The position numbers and the translations under genes are program-made. A model generated the notes under the pieces. It was not told the DNA's origin. It saw only the letters and a program-made list of their open reading frames with translations, and ran no database searches. From Sphagnum compactum (lineage: Eukaryota), in the NCBI GenBank assembly GCA_965153455.1, contig OZ234493.1:35454213-35518212 (forward strand): 64,000 bases of DNA, read 5' to 3'. Shown here one piece after another: positions 36,813-49,302 of the stretch; the first letter of the stretch is position 1; the number at the start of each line of letters is the position of its first letter.

Positions 36813-39800
36813 ACGATCCCTTTCCTCTTTGCCCACATCAGACTTGTTATTAGAGTCATTGGGTTGTAGGACTCTTCATTTGATTGTTTAACATCCTTCC
36901 CATCTCCTTTCTTTTTTGTTCTTGGAATAGTGTCACCCATGTTTTCTTACATTCATCAATTTTGAATCGTGTGGACATTGTGAGAGTAAGGGAGGAGGGG
37001 GTGGGGTACTTTGGGGCCCTTCTTGAGGCGGTGCTCAATAGCTATCTTCCATCACACCAACGGCTTTATTATTGTCACCTTCCACTTCACAAGTTCCAAA
37101 ATGTGAAATTTTGTTTCTCTGCATAAAATCCATCCCTATCTCTTTTTTTTTTCAATTTTGGGATGTGTTGAAAGTTGTGATTGCCCATAAGCCAACTTAG
37201 CCAAATTTGGCTATTAACAAAATATGAAAGGAAAAAAATTTAAGCATCCTTATATACTTTTGACTACTTACTTGATCTATGTAAAGAAATCTATGATTCT
37301 TTTTTATTTTTTTATTTTTTCAAATTTTAACATTCTAAAAACCCATTGGATTTGCAAAAAAAAATTCGCCCAAAAAAAAAAAGCTGATACCGTGGTGTAC
37401 AAGGTTCCACAGTTCTCATTGTCTTCTCTCCCACCCACACACATACACCCCCCAACCCAACAAAAAGAATAAGCTTTGACATGAAATACTTTCTTGGAAA
37501 TGACAAAGTCAATTAGAATATGGTAATTCTGCAACCTAAGCTTCCTAGCCTAGGCAGCGGCTATTTCATTTTTGTTTATTTTAAGGGAATCTCAACATGT
37601 TGTAACAATAAAAAATGATCTTTTTGAGACAAAACATAGAACCCACTAGAAGAGTTGCTGGCCACGTGCAACACAAACCTCCTTATTGATTACCTTACTA
37701 GCCCAAACCAAAGATCAACTCTTGTCCAATAAGACTAGTAAGTGACTGGTTGGTGATCTAGTGCATTGTCTTGACCATTGGCCCTCTTTGGATACTAAGA
37801 ATACAAGTGAATTGATTTTGGTGGTGTATAGAATTTATAGTCTCATTGGCAAGGTTTGAACATTCCAACATTCTTTTGTTGGTAGGCACAACACCTTCTT
37901 GCACTAACCCAATTGCAACTCAATTGTTTGAGTGATGCTAAGTTTGATCACAGTATTTCACTTTGCATAACTCCAGTAGAGTTGTTTCATAATTATAGGA
38001 CTCAATACAAATCCATAACTGCACTTGATTTGTTCTATGACACTGAATGAGATGTTGATCAGCAAATTTGATATTTCTAGAAAGAATCAATTGGGCAATC
38101 AATGAATCTCATTGGAACTTCACCTTCCCAAGGTCAAGAATGATTATGATGCAATTGTACCACACATAGATATACAGGCAATCACAAATATGGAAATCTG
38201 TGGTTGAATAGGTACTAAGCTTTTGAAGCAGATCAAAATAATTAACTTTCCCTGCATTTTCATGGTAAAGACACAGTGATCGAAAAGGTACAGTTTCTTT
38301 CTATTTCAACTTTTGAACACATTCAAACTGAGACAAGCAACATTTAAAGGATAGTATAGCTTACAATATGTGAAAATCTCCATGTTTTGTGTTCTCTACT
38401 AGTTTGTTTCAAAATTCCAACAATTTGAAAATCTTGCTTTCCTCAGTAATGACACCAGTCACAAAAAGGACATTAAAGTGCTTGAGTTTCCTCTTCCATT
38501 AGTTTTACTCCCTCCAGCCTCAATCTATTTGTTGCCATACCATAAATCCATCCAAATTTGTCCATACTTGGGTCCCATACACAAGTCTAGGTTCATGAAA
38601 CCTTTTAAAGCTCAAATCTCCTCATCCATCCAATATTCAGCTTTCAATTGCCGGCAAACTTCTCCTTGGATATGGTTAAAGTGCTTACAGTTTGCCTCCC
38701 ATACTTCAGCCCCCGTCTGTCACAGGGAGATGATATCAGTTGCTCTTCCAAATACTAAATCATCCAAGCTTTATTGTATCTAATGGACCCATGAAATAGC
38801 ACTTTTCCTTTAGCCAACTGAGGTTCAAGATCTGTTCAGTTCACAGCTAGAGCAATAAAGGTCTCTGATCCTCAAGTGCACAAGAATTGTCATTATCTTG
38901 AGTTTTATAATATTCTCCTCCTTTGCCTTCTAATTTTCTTGTGTATTTCCAGTCCATCTAGATTCCTAGCAGAGTTCAAATGTGCATCTCATGTCTTTCA
39001 TCTCTTCCCAATGGCCTGGCAATTGTTAATTCCCACACTGTCCAGCACTTTACACACTATTCAAAAGTTACAATATAGATGATATCCAGATGCATCATAA
39101 CCAAACATATCCAAAGGTCAGTGATAAGACAAGAAATTTCATTCTACATTTCTGATGTGGTACCCTGATTTTAGTATGAAGAGAAATCAAAGGACTGCTG
39201 CAAAAGGGGGAAGTTTTGTGACAGCTGATCTTGAGGGATTCAAGAACTTGAAAATATCAATTACAGGGATGAATCTTCAATACCTTCACTATTCTGAGAT
39301 GGAACATTCACTTCTACAGTTTACCAGCACGAAGATACCAGTGACCACCAACAGAATGGCTTTCTAGAAGAGCTTAGCCACCTGGAAAATTTTGAGACAA
39401 GTATAACCAGTACAAGATCTATAAACCTAGTAGGCCTTGTGGAGCTTTTTTGAAGGAACTTCTGAAATGCACAAAGAAAAGGAAGATGATGGACACTTTC
39501 CATTGAATTTTTCTGTAACACTGAAAAGAATTATGCAAGTTCTTAAGACAGCAGATTCTGGCAACCTTGATATATGTGCCTTGGGGAGAATTAGTCTCAT
39601 TAGTATCAGTACTAGCAAAGAGAATTTTGCAATACATCTGCTGGGACCAATACTCTAGATCACATAGATCAGTCCTCTATCAGAAACAGGAGAGATTGGT
39701 TAAAGTTTTGAGTAATTTGCATTAACCTAGTACCTAAGCCCAATTGAGGGATTTCAGTTGGAAATTAGAGAAAAGGGTGTTGATCAAAAGAATTCTAGAA

Positions 39801-40984
39801 AATGTTTCCATTGCTTAAATCATGAAACCCATCGCAGTTATCACTAGTTAGGAAAAGAACTCTTGCAATCAATAGAGCTCCAGTAAGTGTATAGACCCCA
39901 TCAAGTACACTCAGGATTTGAAAACTTCTCTCTCTTAAGCTCTACCAGTCATAAATTTAGAACAGCAGAAATACTCAACACCTGGGGACTCTTGGCTAGC
40001 AACCCTAGACTGCATTAAAGAATGCAATTGAGCAGAGGTCACAGGCTGAAGCATAGTTCAAATACATTTGGTGCAAAAACAAACAAAATATGACATAGAG
40101 AACCCAGTTTCCAGTAATGAACCTTTAGTGTGGAGGATGATAAGGAAAGTATATCTGAGATGGTGAGGAGCAGACTGCCCCATATTTACAGGTCCTGAAG
40201 ACTATGATGAGTGTTTTCTCCCGTCCCAAATTGTGCATACACCACAAGATAGCTTCATTCCACATGGACAACATTAGCCTTCCCTGCCACCAATCACCTC
40301 CAACTAAGCTCCCTAGCTTTGACTTCATTCATCCCACAGGACACCATAGGTTTTTCTCTTCATTGCTATGGATGCTTGATCAACATGCACTGCAATGACC
40401 TGATATTGCAGAACTTTGAATTTGAAGGCTTGCATATAAAGAGATGAAGACACCTAAAGGCTTGTACAATAATCATAAAACATGCAGCCTATTTCTTGTA
40501 GAACTTTTTTTTTGCTGTGACCTACTCTCTAGCAATTACATGGTTATTGCAGTCTTCATGAAACTAAGTATAAAATATGATTCCTAGCCATATGAATCCA
40601 AAAAGTCCTTTGCTCTAATGATATGTACTACAGGAGATTTATCTACACTGGAGTAGATAAAAACACATTTTCAAGCCTTCATTTGTGTTATAACATTAAA
40701 TGAGCATGGCATCACCCCCATACCCTAAAATAATAGATGAAAAAGGCGCAACACATACACACACACACACACATAAATCTTTGGCCTCAATTTGCTCTCT
40801 ACTACACACCATGCTTCAAACATCTATCGTCCTCTCTTTTGTCTGATTAGTTTTCAGATGATGTAAGAGGAAGCACAGAAGCCCACCAACTTCTGTTTGC
40901 ACTTTGCTTTCTTTATCTTGAAAATTGGTACCTACTCCCTTCCAAAAGAACCATACATGATAGTTCCCCATTATACAACTCCAT

Positions 40985-41075
40985 TCTAAGAATCTTAAGT
41001 CTCATTCCCTCTAAGCAACAACTGTTGCCCATCATCCACCTCTGTTCTAAGAATCTTAAGTCTCATTTCCTCTAA
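40985..41075. repeat. 60-bp-period direct duplication
   Basis: ttctaagaatcttaagtctcatt(c/t)cctctaa at 40985 and 41045. Confidence 0.85.
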
Positions 41076-42272
41076 CCAACACCACACCTAGGTCTTCAAA
41101 CCACTACAGCCTAACATGATTGTCAGTATATATCAAAATAGGCAAATACCTCCTATTATGTGAACATACCCAGTCACTGCTCAACTACTGTCCAACATCC
41201 TCCAATCTCCATTCTCTAACCTCCACAGCATATGCCTATGAGCTGCAACCAAAATGAACAATTGGGCAAGAGGCTGGCACATTGTAAGGTTTAGGGTAGT
41301 AGAAAGCTACTAACCTTGGGTGAGAGATTATAGGCATTGGCACAACACATGCTTATGAGCCCCAACAAGAAATGAGACAACCACAAAAGGAAATAGCAAA
41401 CACTTGGGCTTGGGGGTGGTAGAAACTAACCTACCTTGATCAAGAGATCATAAACATTCTCATAGCATATGCCAATGAGCACACACCAGCAACACAGCTC
41501 TGCTGCCACATTCACTGTCACCATGCTTCACCATGGTGCATACCTCCTGTGGTTGTCTGCTCTAAACTGTGTGCAAAAAGCTAATGCACATCTTCACAGA
41601 AGCAGATGTCCTTCCAGAAACCCGTTTTATGGCTTGTGTAGGCATTGAGAATCTAGGTGACACCTACATCCATGTTCAATTTCTGTACATATCTCCAATG
41701 TCTCCTGAATGAGTATAACCAAGCTCCAACAAACCATATAACCAAAGTCCAAAAAGCACAACTGGTAACAAGTGCCATCATGTTGATGTTTGCACTAATA
41801 TTTGTACATATACTACACCCTGACAAATAATCTATTCATGCTGGTCTGCATGTTTTGATGCTAGACACTCTGAAAATATGTTTCAATGTTAGATGCCATG
41901 GTGACACTGAAGAATTTTTGGTACAGTGATTGAGACCAGAAAACAGACTACACCTGGTCAATTTTGGACTGGACATAGACACCTAGAGTAGCAACTCTTT
42001 CACAAGTCCACACTCATTAGAACCATGCTGCATAAAACATGCTTGAATATCCTCCAAATTTTCCTGATCGTTTCTTACTGAGATTGACTCCTAATCTTGC
42101 ACCTACAATCTATCACCAACTCAGAGTTCTGACACACCATTTCCAAAAAGATTCCCCAAAAGACCTGCATTCTCAAAACATTGTGATCATTGTCAACTGC
42201 TCACAGTGCTCATGTTTCAAGAGATAGTCAATAGTCTGACATGTACTTAAAAACCCAAGATGCACATGAGTG

Positions 42273-43395
42273 TCAAGCAGTGGAGCAGCAACTAGCTTTT
42301 CTTGGCTGTGCAACATCAAGCCCTGACAACCTTTGACTGCTACCCAGAACTGTATTAGACTTCATGGAGACTGAAGAAGTGAGAGATTTCTTACTAACTA
42401 ATCTGTAGATCTCCTTCACCACTGTCTGGAAAGCATCAACCACATTGGTGGCATTCATGGCTGAAGTCTCTATGAAAGATAGGTTCTCCTTCTGCGCGAA
42501 AGCTGTAGCCTCTTCTTTTGTCACCTCCCGTATATTGTCGAGGTCACATTTGTTTCCCACAAGCATGACAACAACACTGGCATCCGAATGCACTGTAGAT
42601 GAAAAAAATTATCACCACATGAAGCCAACATGCCCCAGCACTTCATCATCAGGATCAGCTTATCATGTCATCATAGGATTCATCTACAACCCTTGCAGAG
42701 TTTGACTCATTTAAAACTTATAATGGAAGCAAAGCTGAGAGGTATTGGGGGAAAGGAGGAAAAGAGGATGTTGGAAACATGTGCCAAATTAGCCTGCACG
42801 TCCCTCCGTCTACAGCATCATGCTCAGTTGAAAATCAAAATTACATCTGGGTGTGAAGCATCCGCTAGGTCCTGCTTTCAGTGTCCTTGCTTTTTCCTTC
42901 AACCTAAAGCTTCAGTTTCAGTTGAAATTGAAAGATGCATACGTCAATGTGGTTCTCACTAATCTTTGCTCTAGGAAAAGAAATGGCAATATATATCTAT
43001 ATATATATATATATACAGGTAGATGTCTTCCACTCTTTTTTCTGATGAGAAGAAAATTTACCTCTGAGTTCGTCTAACCAGCGACCTACATTCTCGAATG
43101 TGGCTTTCCGGCTGATATCATAAACGATAAGCGCGCCAACAGCACCTCTGTAGTAAGCGGAAGTCACGGCCCGGAAGCGTTCTTGACCGGCAGTGTCCCA
43201 GATCTGTGCCTTAATCTCCTTGCCGTCAATCTCCATACTTTGTGTCTGAAACTCCACACCAATCGTGGCTTTGGAATTGAGGTTGAATTCATTGCGTGCG
43301 TACCTAGATAGCAGATTCGACTTCCCCACAGCCGAGTCCCCAATCAACACCACTTTGAACAGATAATCCTCGCTCTTGTCGTCATTGTAAGCCAT
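42273..43395 (-). CDS. RABA5: Rab11-family small GTPase, RabA5 subclass; exons 43395-43062 and 42592-42273, 217 aa
   Basis: GDSAVGKS P-loop, TIGVEFQTQ effector loop (typical of RabA5), [30 protein letters not shown] and a C-terminal CCSTA prenylation site. The GT-AG intron 43061-42593 gives 654 nt in frame. Confidence 0.95.
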
Positions 43396-43674
43396 TTTGA
43401 CCCCGACAAAATCTACGGTGCCAACTATGCGCACGCACACACACAATCAGCACTGCCTGGACCGATCTAGCAGCCACAAGCCGACGACGCTGCTGATCAC
43501 CACAAACACGTTCGAGACCAACTCTCTCTCTCTCTCTCTCGACAGATCAAATACAGAAACACTCAAAACAGGAGTATTATCCGCTCCAAGACACCAGTAC
43601 AGACAGACTCTCGGGTCCAATGTGCAGCCGAACCCGTACGAGACCTGGCGATGCAAGCAAAACAAATCCAGAAG

Positions 43675-43675
<1 letters not shown>

Positions 43676-43708
<33 letters not shown>
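43676..43708. repeat. (CT)n/(GA)n microsatellite in the Rab 5' region
   Basis: Perfect CT run; a second run lies at ~43522-43540. Confidence 0.95.
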
Positions 43709-43711
<3 letters not shown>

Positions 43712-44769
43712 TCTCTGCCAAGCGCTTCGCTTGGAGTGTGTCGCTGAAAGCGCCAGCGGCAGCGACGCGCACAACGTAGAGTGTGTTCTCGTCCCGCCGA
43801 AATCTAGAGTGTCACAAAATAGACTGTAGTGGAAGGAAAGGGTCCGGAGGATACCTGGACCGACTGACAGCCTGCCAGAGAAACGCGTGCGCCAAAATTC
43901 AGTAGTAACCTGGTAACATATAATATAAGGCTAAGCTGTGATCAGGGTTTCTTTTTGTGATGTAGCTGAAGTGGCGCTCATCTATAAATACAATTTAGCC
44001 AAATTTGGTTACAAACAGGATATGAAAGTAGGAAAGTTTAAGCATCCTTCACATTTTTGGCTACATGCTAGAACCCAATTAGAGAAATCTGATGATTTTG
44101 TTTTAATTGTTAAATTTTGGAGACTAGAAACAAATTTAAACACACTTTTAGCCATTTTGAAAAGAAAATATCCAGCTGTCTAAATTTAGCCAGAAAAAAA
44201 ATGTTGACAGTGATCGTGTTGAGTTTTTTGTGTTGAGTTTTCGCCATTTTGTGAAAAACAGTTTTGAAAAAAGAGTATTCAGTGGCAAATTCATTTTTTT
44301 CTAAAAATAGCCCAGAAAAATTAATCACCAAAAATTGTATCAATTGCCCACAATACGAAAAGGTGCTTAAGATTTTCTGCTTTCATATTTTCAATATCTC
44401 CAAATTTAGCAACATATACTTAAGAATGATTGCCACTTGAGCAAAATTGAAAAAAAACTCGCCAAAATTCTATATTTGGTTTTCAGTCTGTAGCCAAATA
44501 TATAGAAGGTCAATTAAAGATTTTTTTTAATATCTGGTTAATGGCCAGATTTGGCTACATCCTTCCAGGGTTCTACATCTTCCCATGGATGATCGCCATA
44601 TGTGATGTGACATTAAACAAACTCCCCAAAAAACACATTGCCCAGATCCTAGTTATACCCAACCACCAGGCACTATGGATAAATCCAAATTTCTAACAGC
44701 CGAGAAAAAATGGTAAGCTATTAACAATTGGAGAAATATGCAGCAGCTTTGGATTGGGTTCCAGCTTAT

Positions 44770-47217
44770 GGCCAGAGTAAACCTGCACCCACCAGTGCAC
44801 CATCCACTGGATGCTCCTTATGACTCAGTTGTGGATGAACCTCAAGTGAGTTAATATGGCCAGAGTGAACCAGCACGCACCATTCACTAAGACCATTCAC
44901 TAGAAACCCATTTATGACTCAGTTGTGGATGAACCTCAACTTAGTTAATATTTGGTTTCATGTTGGTAACCCATTTTTTGTAAGAAGTAGGTCATTTATA
45001 TATAAGGAGATAGGTACGAAATTAGGTGATTACTAAGCAAGTGGATAGTTTATATATATGTTTTACGAACTACTTACTAACAGCCTGCAAATTGTTAGTA
45101 GCAGGCAGGTAGTAAAAAAGCAACTGAGCTGACCACCATGGTTCATAAGGGAATTGGAACCCAATAAAAAATTGTTCCTTGACAACTTATGATCCATGTT
45201 TCATAGTGCACTGGTGGGTGATGCTTATCTTAGTGACCCATTGTGTAATCATGCTTTCATGCAGTTTGGGATAGCCTTCTTCTCACAATTAGAGAGATGC
45301 ACATTTTTTTTGAAAGTTTGACAGTTACTAGCGCCTTAGGTCTATAAGTATCTTTGATGGACATCCATCACAACACATCCTTTAGGTCTATCGAATGATT
45401 TCATTTTCAGAGCTTGCATTCGTTCTTATTCAAACAAGGGGATGGGGTTATGATTGATTGTTGAACCATCTATCCATTCGTTCCACATCACACACTCTAC
45501 TTTCATCTTAACAATGCGTTTTCGTCTCAGTTTGATTTAGGCCTCGACATCTAATCTTCTCATGTGTGAATGTGAACATGGGTTAAATGTGTTTGGCACA
45601 CATCTAGCACGTTGTCCATTCGGAGGTTAGTGAATAGCTACACATGACACCATTAAAAATGTCATGTATGCCCTTGCTCGAAAAAGTGGGCACGTTGTAT
45701 GAAGAGAAGAATGGTGCACCTTTATGTCAAGAGCTTCATCATGAGTTAATTTTTGTATGACTCGTGAAGACCAAGTTTTTGTTGTCAATGTTGTGGTTAT
45801 CAACTCAACACGGAGACGGTGGCTACGAATGTCATTAACTGACCAACAGGTGTAACTGTGGAATTTAACACCATTGCCAAAATTCGCAAGTATAGAAGGC
45901 TTCATGAAAGGCATCACTTTATTCCAATGGTCATAGAGGTGCACGACACACCCGAACATGATATGGATCATTTCATCAAGGAATGTGTTCTTCTTTTCCA
46001 CGATAGATGATCGAAAGATCATTTATCCTTGTCTTTTTGCATTCAATTTTTCATGCAACGTGTTAGTATAACCTTTCAATGTGCTTTAGCCTCTACTATA
46101 GAAAGGAAGATTGCTTTGGGGGGAGATGTTTATTCTAAACCTTCTATTAGATTTAAATCTCATGATTTACACGCAAGCAACATTAAAAGGGTTGTGGGTG
46201 AAATAGCTTCCAACCACGAAAGGGACTAACTTTCTCCTTTCTTTGGTTCCTACGGGTTGCACGTATGTTGGCCTTTTTTTTGTCTACCATGTGATGGTTC
46301 TAACCATCGATTTTTACTGGATTTTTTGTTTTGTTTGAGTGACCCATTCAATAAAAAGTATGACCTATATAATAGGTTAGTATGAAAATAGGTGACTACA
46401 TAAATACTAAATGGTGTATATTAATGTTAGGCAGGTATGAAACCATGGTTTAAAATTGACTTGGTTCTCAATTGATTATCAACCAAAGAATCAATCAGGT
46501 ATTTTGCGAGTGTTATTCAAGTTGATACTTGGATTTTCACATATAAAATTTGGGATACCCAGTTCATTTTAAATGAATTCTTTTTTTCCATTAAAGTTTT
46601 TGATACTTTGGTAGAATATATGAATAATCCTTGGGTTTAGTTTTTAGGGGTTTAGGAGTAAAAACTTTAAGGTTAATTAAGGTTAGGGTCTTAATGTGCA
46701 GGCAAGTTTAGTATCTATTTTGGTTTAGATGTTAGAGCTTTGTAATGAACCTTGATGAATTTTTTTGACCAATAAAATTTGAAAAAGTATTTTTTAATTT
46801 TAATCTTAAAATCTTAAAGTGAAATTTAAAAACTAGTTCAATATAACAGACTAATAATGTAAATGAGTTAAGAATCAGTTGTGAAAGGACTAGTTGGGCA
46901 TGAATAAAAGTCGAACAGGGTATGAAAAAATAAATAAATATGAGAATTGTTTCCATTCTTAAATTTAAATTTTTAGAGGATGAGAACAAATGGTTATGAA
47001 AAGAAGTTAAAACCACCCAACACTGGTTTATACTTAGGTAAGAGGTGTTTTTATTACCTACCTATTAACAATCAGCTTGCAAGTTGTTAACAGAAAAAAA
47101 CAACTAAGCTAACAACCATGGTTAGCTTAGGTAATTGGAACCCAACGGAAAATTGTTTCCTGACCACTTACCATCCATCCTTCATGGTGTGTTGGTGGGT
47201 GCTAGTTCACTCTGGCC
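44770..47217. mobile_element. Compound MITE-like region bounded by GGCCAGAGT(G/A)AAC inverted ends
   Basis: ggccagagtaaac (44770) and ggccagagtgaac (44858) are inverted relative to gttcactctggcc (47205-47217). Related internal blocks lie at 45080-45220 and 47060-47200. Confidence 0.5.
45243..46337 (+). mobile_element. 5'-truncated non-LTR retrotransposon with a restriction-like endonuclease (CRE/R2-like), decayed
   Basis: 11-bp direct repeat agtgacccatt at 45232-45242 and 46338-46348. The + frame reads MRFRLSL...CECEHGLNVFGTHLARCPFGG**IATHDTIKN...SGHVV*REE...*VNFCMTREDQVFVVNVVV, then RKYRRLH..HHFIPMVIEVH and QRVSITFQCALA. This is a zinc knuckle followed by an RHD-like motif and a degenerate PD-(D/E)xK layout. 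The 3' end is T-rich. Confidence 0.8.
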
Positions 47218-47732
47218 CCCTTTTTTTTGGGATCAAATTATGCATTAGGTTAACAAATTTTGTAGATGGGCAAGGCCTGCAGAGAGGGGCATTACAAGAA
47301 TAAGGGTGCCCATCCAATGTAGCACCACAGCCAAACATTGAATTCTGATAATGGACCCATTCAGGGGCTTTACAGGACATAATGACCTACCATAATTATA
47401 TTTCCATATTTAATGGGTAGGATCTTAAACATCTTATATACATGCTAGTGGGTACTCGTGACCTTCGGACATTGTGAAATCCCCCGGTTTCTTTAAACTA
47501 AGACACACACAAAGGCGCAAAGCAGCTAATTTTATTTTTAGTTTATTTACTTTTGTGGTGAAAATCCATTGAAAAGTCCCCCATGAAAACATACATGGTG
47601 AAGCGAGCGTTTTTAGACTTGTTGTAGAAGACAGAATTATAGAAACAGTGTCAAACTGGCTAAATTTACAGCAATATTCCTTCCATCAGAAGTGCTTTCC
47701 AATTTGCAATTCAGGAAATTTCTTCAATGCAC

Positions 47733-47840
47733 CTTGGCTGCAATGAGCTCACATTGCGTCCCCTTTCTAGACGCCGGAACTCCAGAAATCATAATCCTCA
47801 GGGCCTCCATTCCTGCCTGCTGATGCTTAAACCAATTTCG
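47733..47840 (-). pseudogene. Isolated exon of a plastid-type adenylate kinase
   Basis: ctctag|RNWFKHQQAGMEALRIMISGVPASRKGTQCELIAAK|gt, 108 bp. Matches the plastid AK P-loop IMISGAPASGKGTQCELI with a G>R change. No downstream AK exons were seen. Confidence 0.8.
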
Positions 47841-48189
47841 CTAGAGAAAAAAAAAGAAAAACCAATAAGTCGAAATAGAGCATGAATAATTGATGACAAC
47901 ATGTTATTATGATGTTGCAACAGCAGCAGCGCTTTGAAATTTTGTTAACAAAAAACTCGAATTGAATTTTCTTTTAATTTTAAAAAAAAAGTGATTATGA
48001 AATGACCCACCTTTGTGATGAAGTTGTTTGGAAACACTGGAAAATCCTCACACTGAAATCCTGACAAAAGTCTCAGAACTTCAAACCTTTCATAAAGTAC
48101 ACGCAAAGCATGTTGAGAAAGAATTTCCAAGTTCTCTAATGGCATCTTCCAGGAATTCCAAGCAAGAATTGCCTTCTAAAAACAAAATA

Positions 48190-48337
48190 GCAAGCCTATT
48201 GTCCACATCCGGATGTCCATACCGGCAGACTCGGATCATCCGTATTGGGAACTGTTAGTCTCACTTGTTCCATTGGCGACTCGTCCACGTTCCCACCCTG
48301 TATTAATGCTTTCAGTCCCTCCAGTCCCTCCCCCGGA
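48190..48337 (-). pseudogene. N-terminal fragment of an OPT-family oligopeptide transporter
   Basis: Reads DESPMEQVRLTVPNTDDPSLPVWT[1-bp deletion]RMWTIGL, the classic OPT SPxxEVRLTVxxTDDPxLPVWTFRMW motif. Truncated immediately afterwards. Confidence 0.88.
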
Positions 48338-48496
48338 CTACACAAAACCAAAACTCACATCAATCCATCTTCTTCTTCTTCTTCTTCTTGTTTTTCTTTG
48401 TCTTCTTCTTCTTCTTCCTGGCATCCCCCACTTTCCACAACAATCACAACAAAGGTGCAAATGTGTGTGACTGGCAACAGTTAAGGAAAGACATAC

Positions 48497-49116
48497 CCAG
48501 ACTGGCAGCAGCAATGGGGTCCCGGTCAAATCGATCAAATATCACATCTCTGGTTGGCCAAGCTCTGTCTCTATGATTCTCACAACTGTCTCTGACTCAA
48601 ATGGCGGCACTTGATCCTTCTCACAGGAAAAACAAACATCCAACCTTCAGCAAAAATAGAAAATTATTCCTAAATCTCTCCTCCCTGATGAAGAGGAAGA
48701 AAAAGATCATGAAGAGAAAGATCATGTGGAGCAGCTGCAAAAAGACCGTGAAGAGAACAACCATGCAGAGCTGCAGAGAAGAGCCTAAAGAGAAAGATCA
48801 TGCAGAGCTGCAGAAAGATTGTGAAGAGAAAGATGGTCATGCAAGGAAGCAGAAAAGATCATGGAGAGAGATGGTCATGCAAGGAAGCAGAAAAGATCAT
48901 GAGCTATTGCTGCTGCTACTGCAGAAAGATTGCAATTTGTACTACTGACCTGCAGCTCTGCCAATTCATCGACATACTCCTGAGCAAGAATGTCAACACG
49001 GGTGGAGAATTGTTGCCCAATTTTGATGAAAGTTGGCCCCAATCGCAGCAACCCTTCCTTCACCCATTTCGCAAGCCTCTTCCTCTTCTCCTTTTTCTTC
49101 AGCTCTGTCATACCAT
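48497..49116 (-). pseudogene. Two exons plus intron of an ABC1 atypical kinase (ABC1K8/OSA1-like)
   Basis: Exon 49116-48950 reads [55 protein letters not shown]|gt. Exon 48616-48497 reads DQVPPFESETVVRIIETELGQP[1-bp deletion]DVIFDRFDRDPIAAASL G|gt. No flanking ABC1K exons were seen. Confidence 0.9.
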
Positions 49117-49133
49117 CTGCAAAACAACCTACA

Positions 49134-49302
49134 ACCAAACTCTCCTCCTCCACCAATCTGCTGCTGCTGTTGTTGCTAATCCAAACTCCTCCTCCACCAA
49201 TCTGTTGCTGCTGTTGCTAATCCAAACTTCTCCTCCTCCACCAATCTGCTGCTGCTGTTGCTAATCCAAACTTCTCCTCCTCCACCAATCTGTTGCTGCT
49301 GC
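49134..49302. repeat. Four tandem ~42-45-bp units
   Basis: ccaaac(t)tctcctcctccaccaatctg(c/t)tgctgctgttgctaat repeated. A second degenerate array (aaagatcatg...gcag) lies within the ABC1K intron at ~48690-48930. Confidence 0.9.

Noticed and set aside
42997-43446. 149-aa ORF as the complete Rab protein
   Set aside because: It starts at a non-ATG codon upstream of the real ATG (43395) and reads into the intron. The spliced two-exon model gives the full GTPase.
45627-46022. 131-aa minus-strand ORF
   Set aside because: Antisense to the decayed RLE retroelement frame on +.
46630-46690. Interstitial telomeric repeat
   Set aside because: Only a few very degenerate TTTAGGG-like words, with no true array.
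48875-49156. Intact ABC1K gene
   Set aside because: Only two exons are present, the second is frameshifted, and the neighbouring exons come from unrelated genes.
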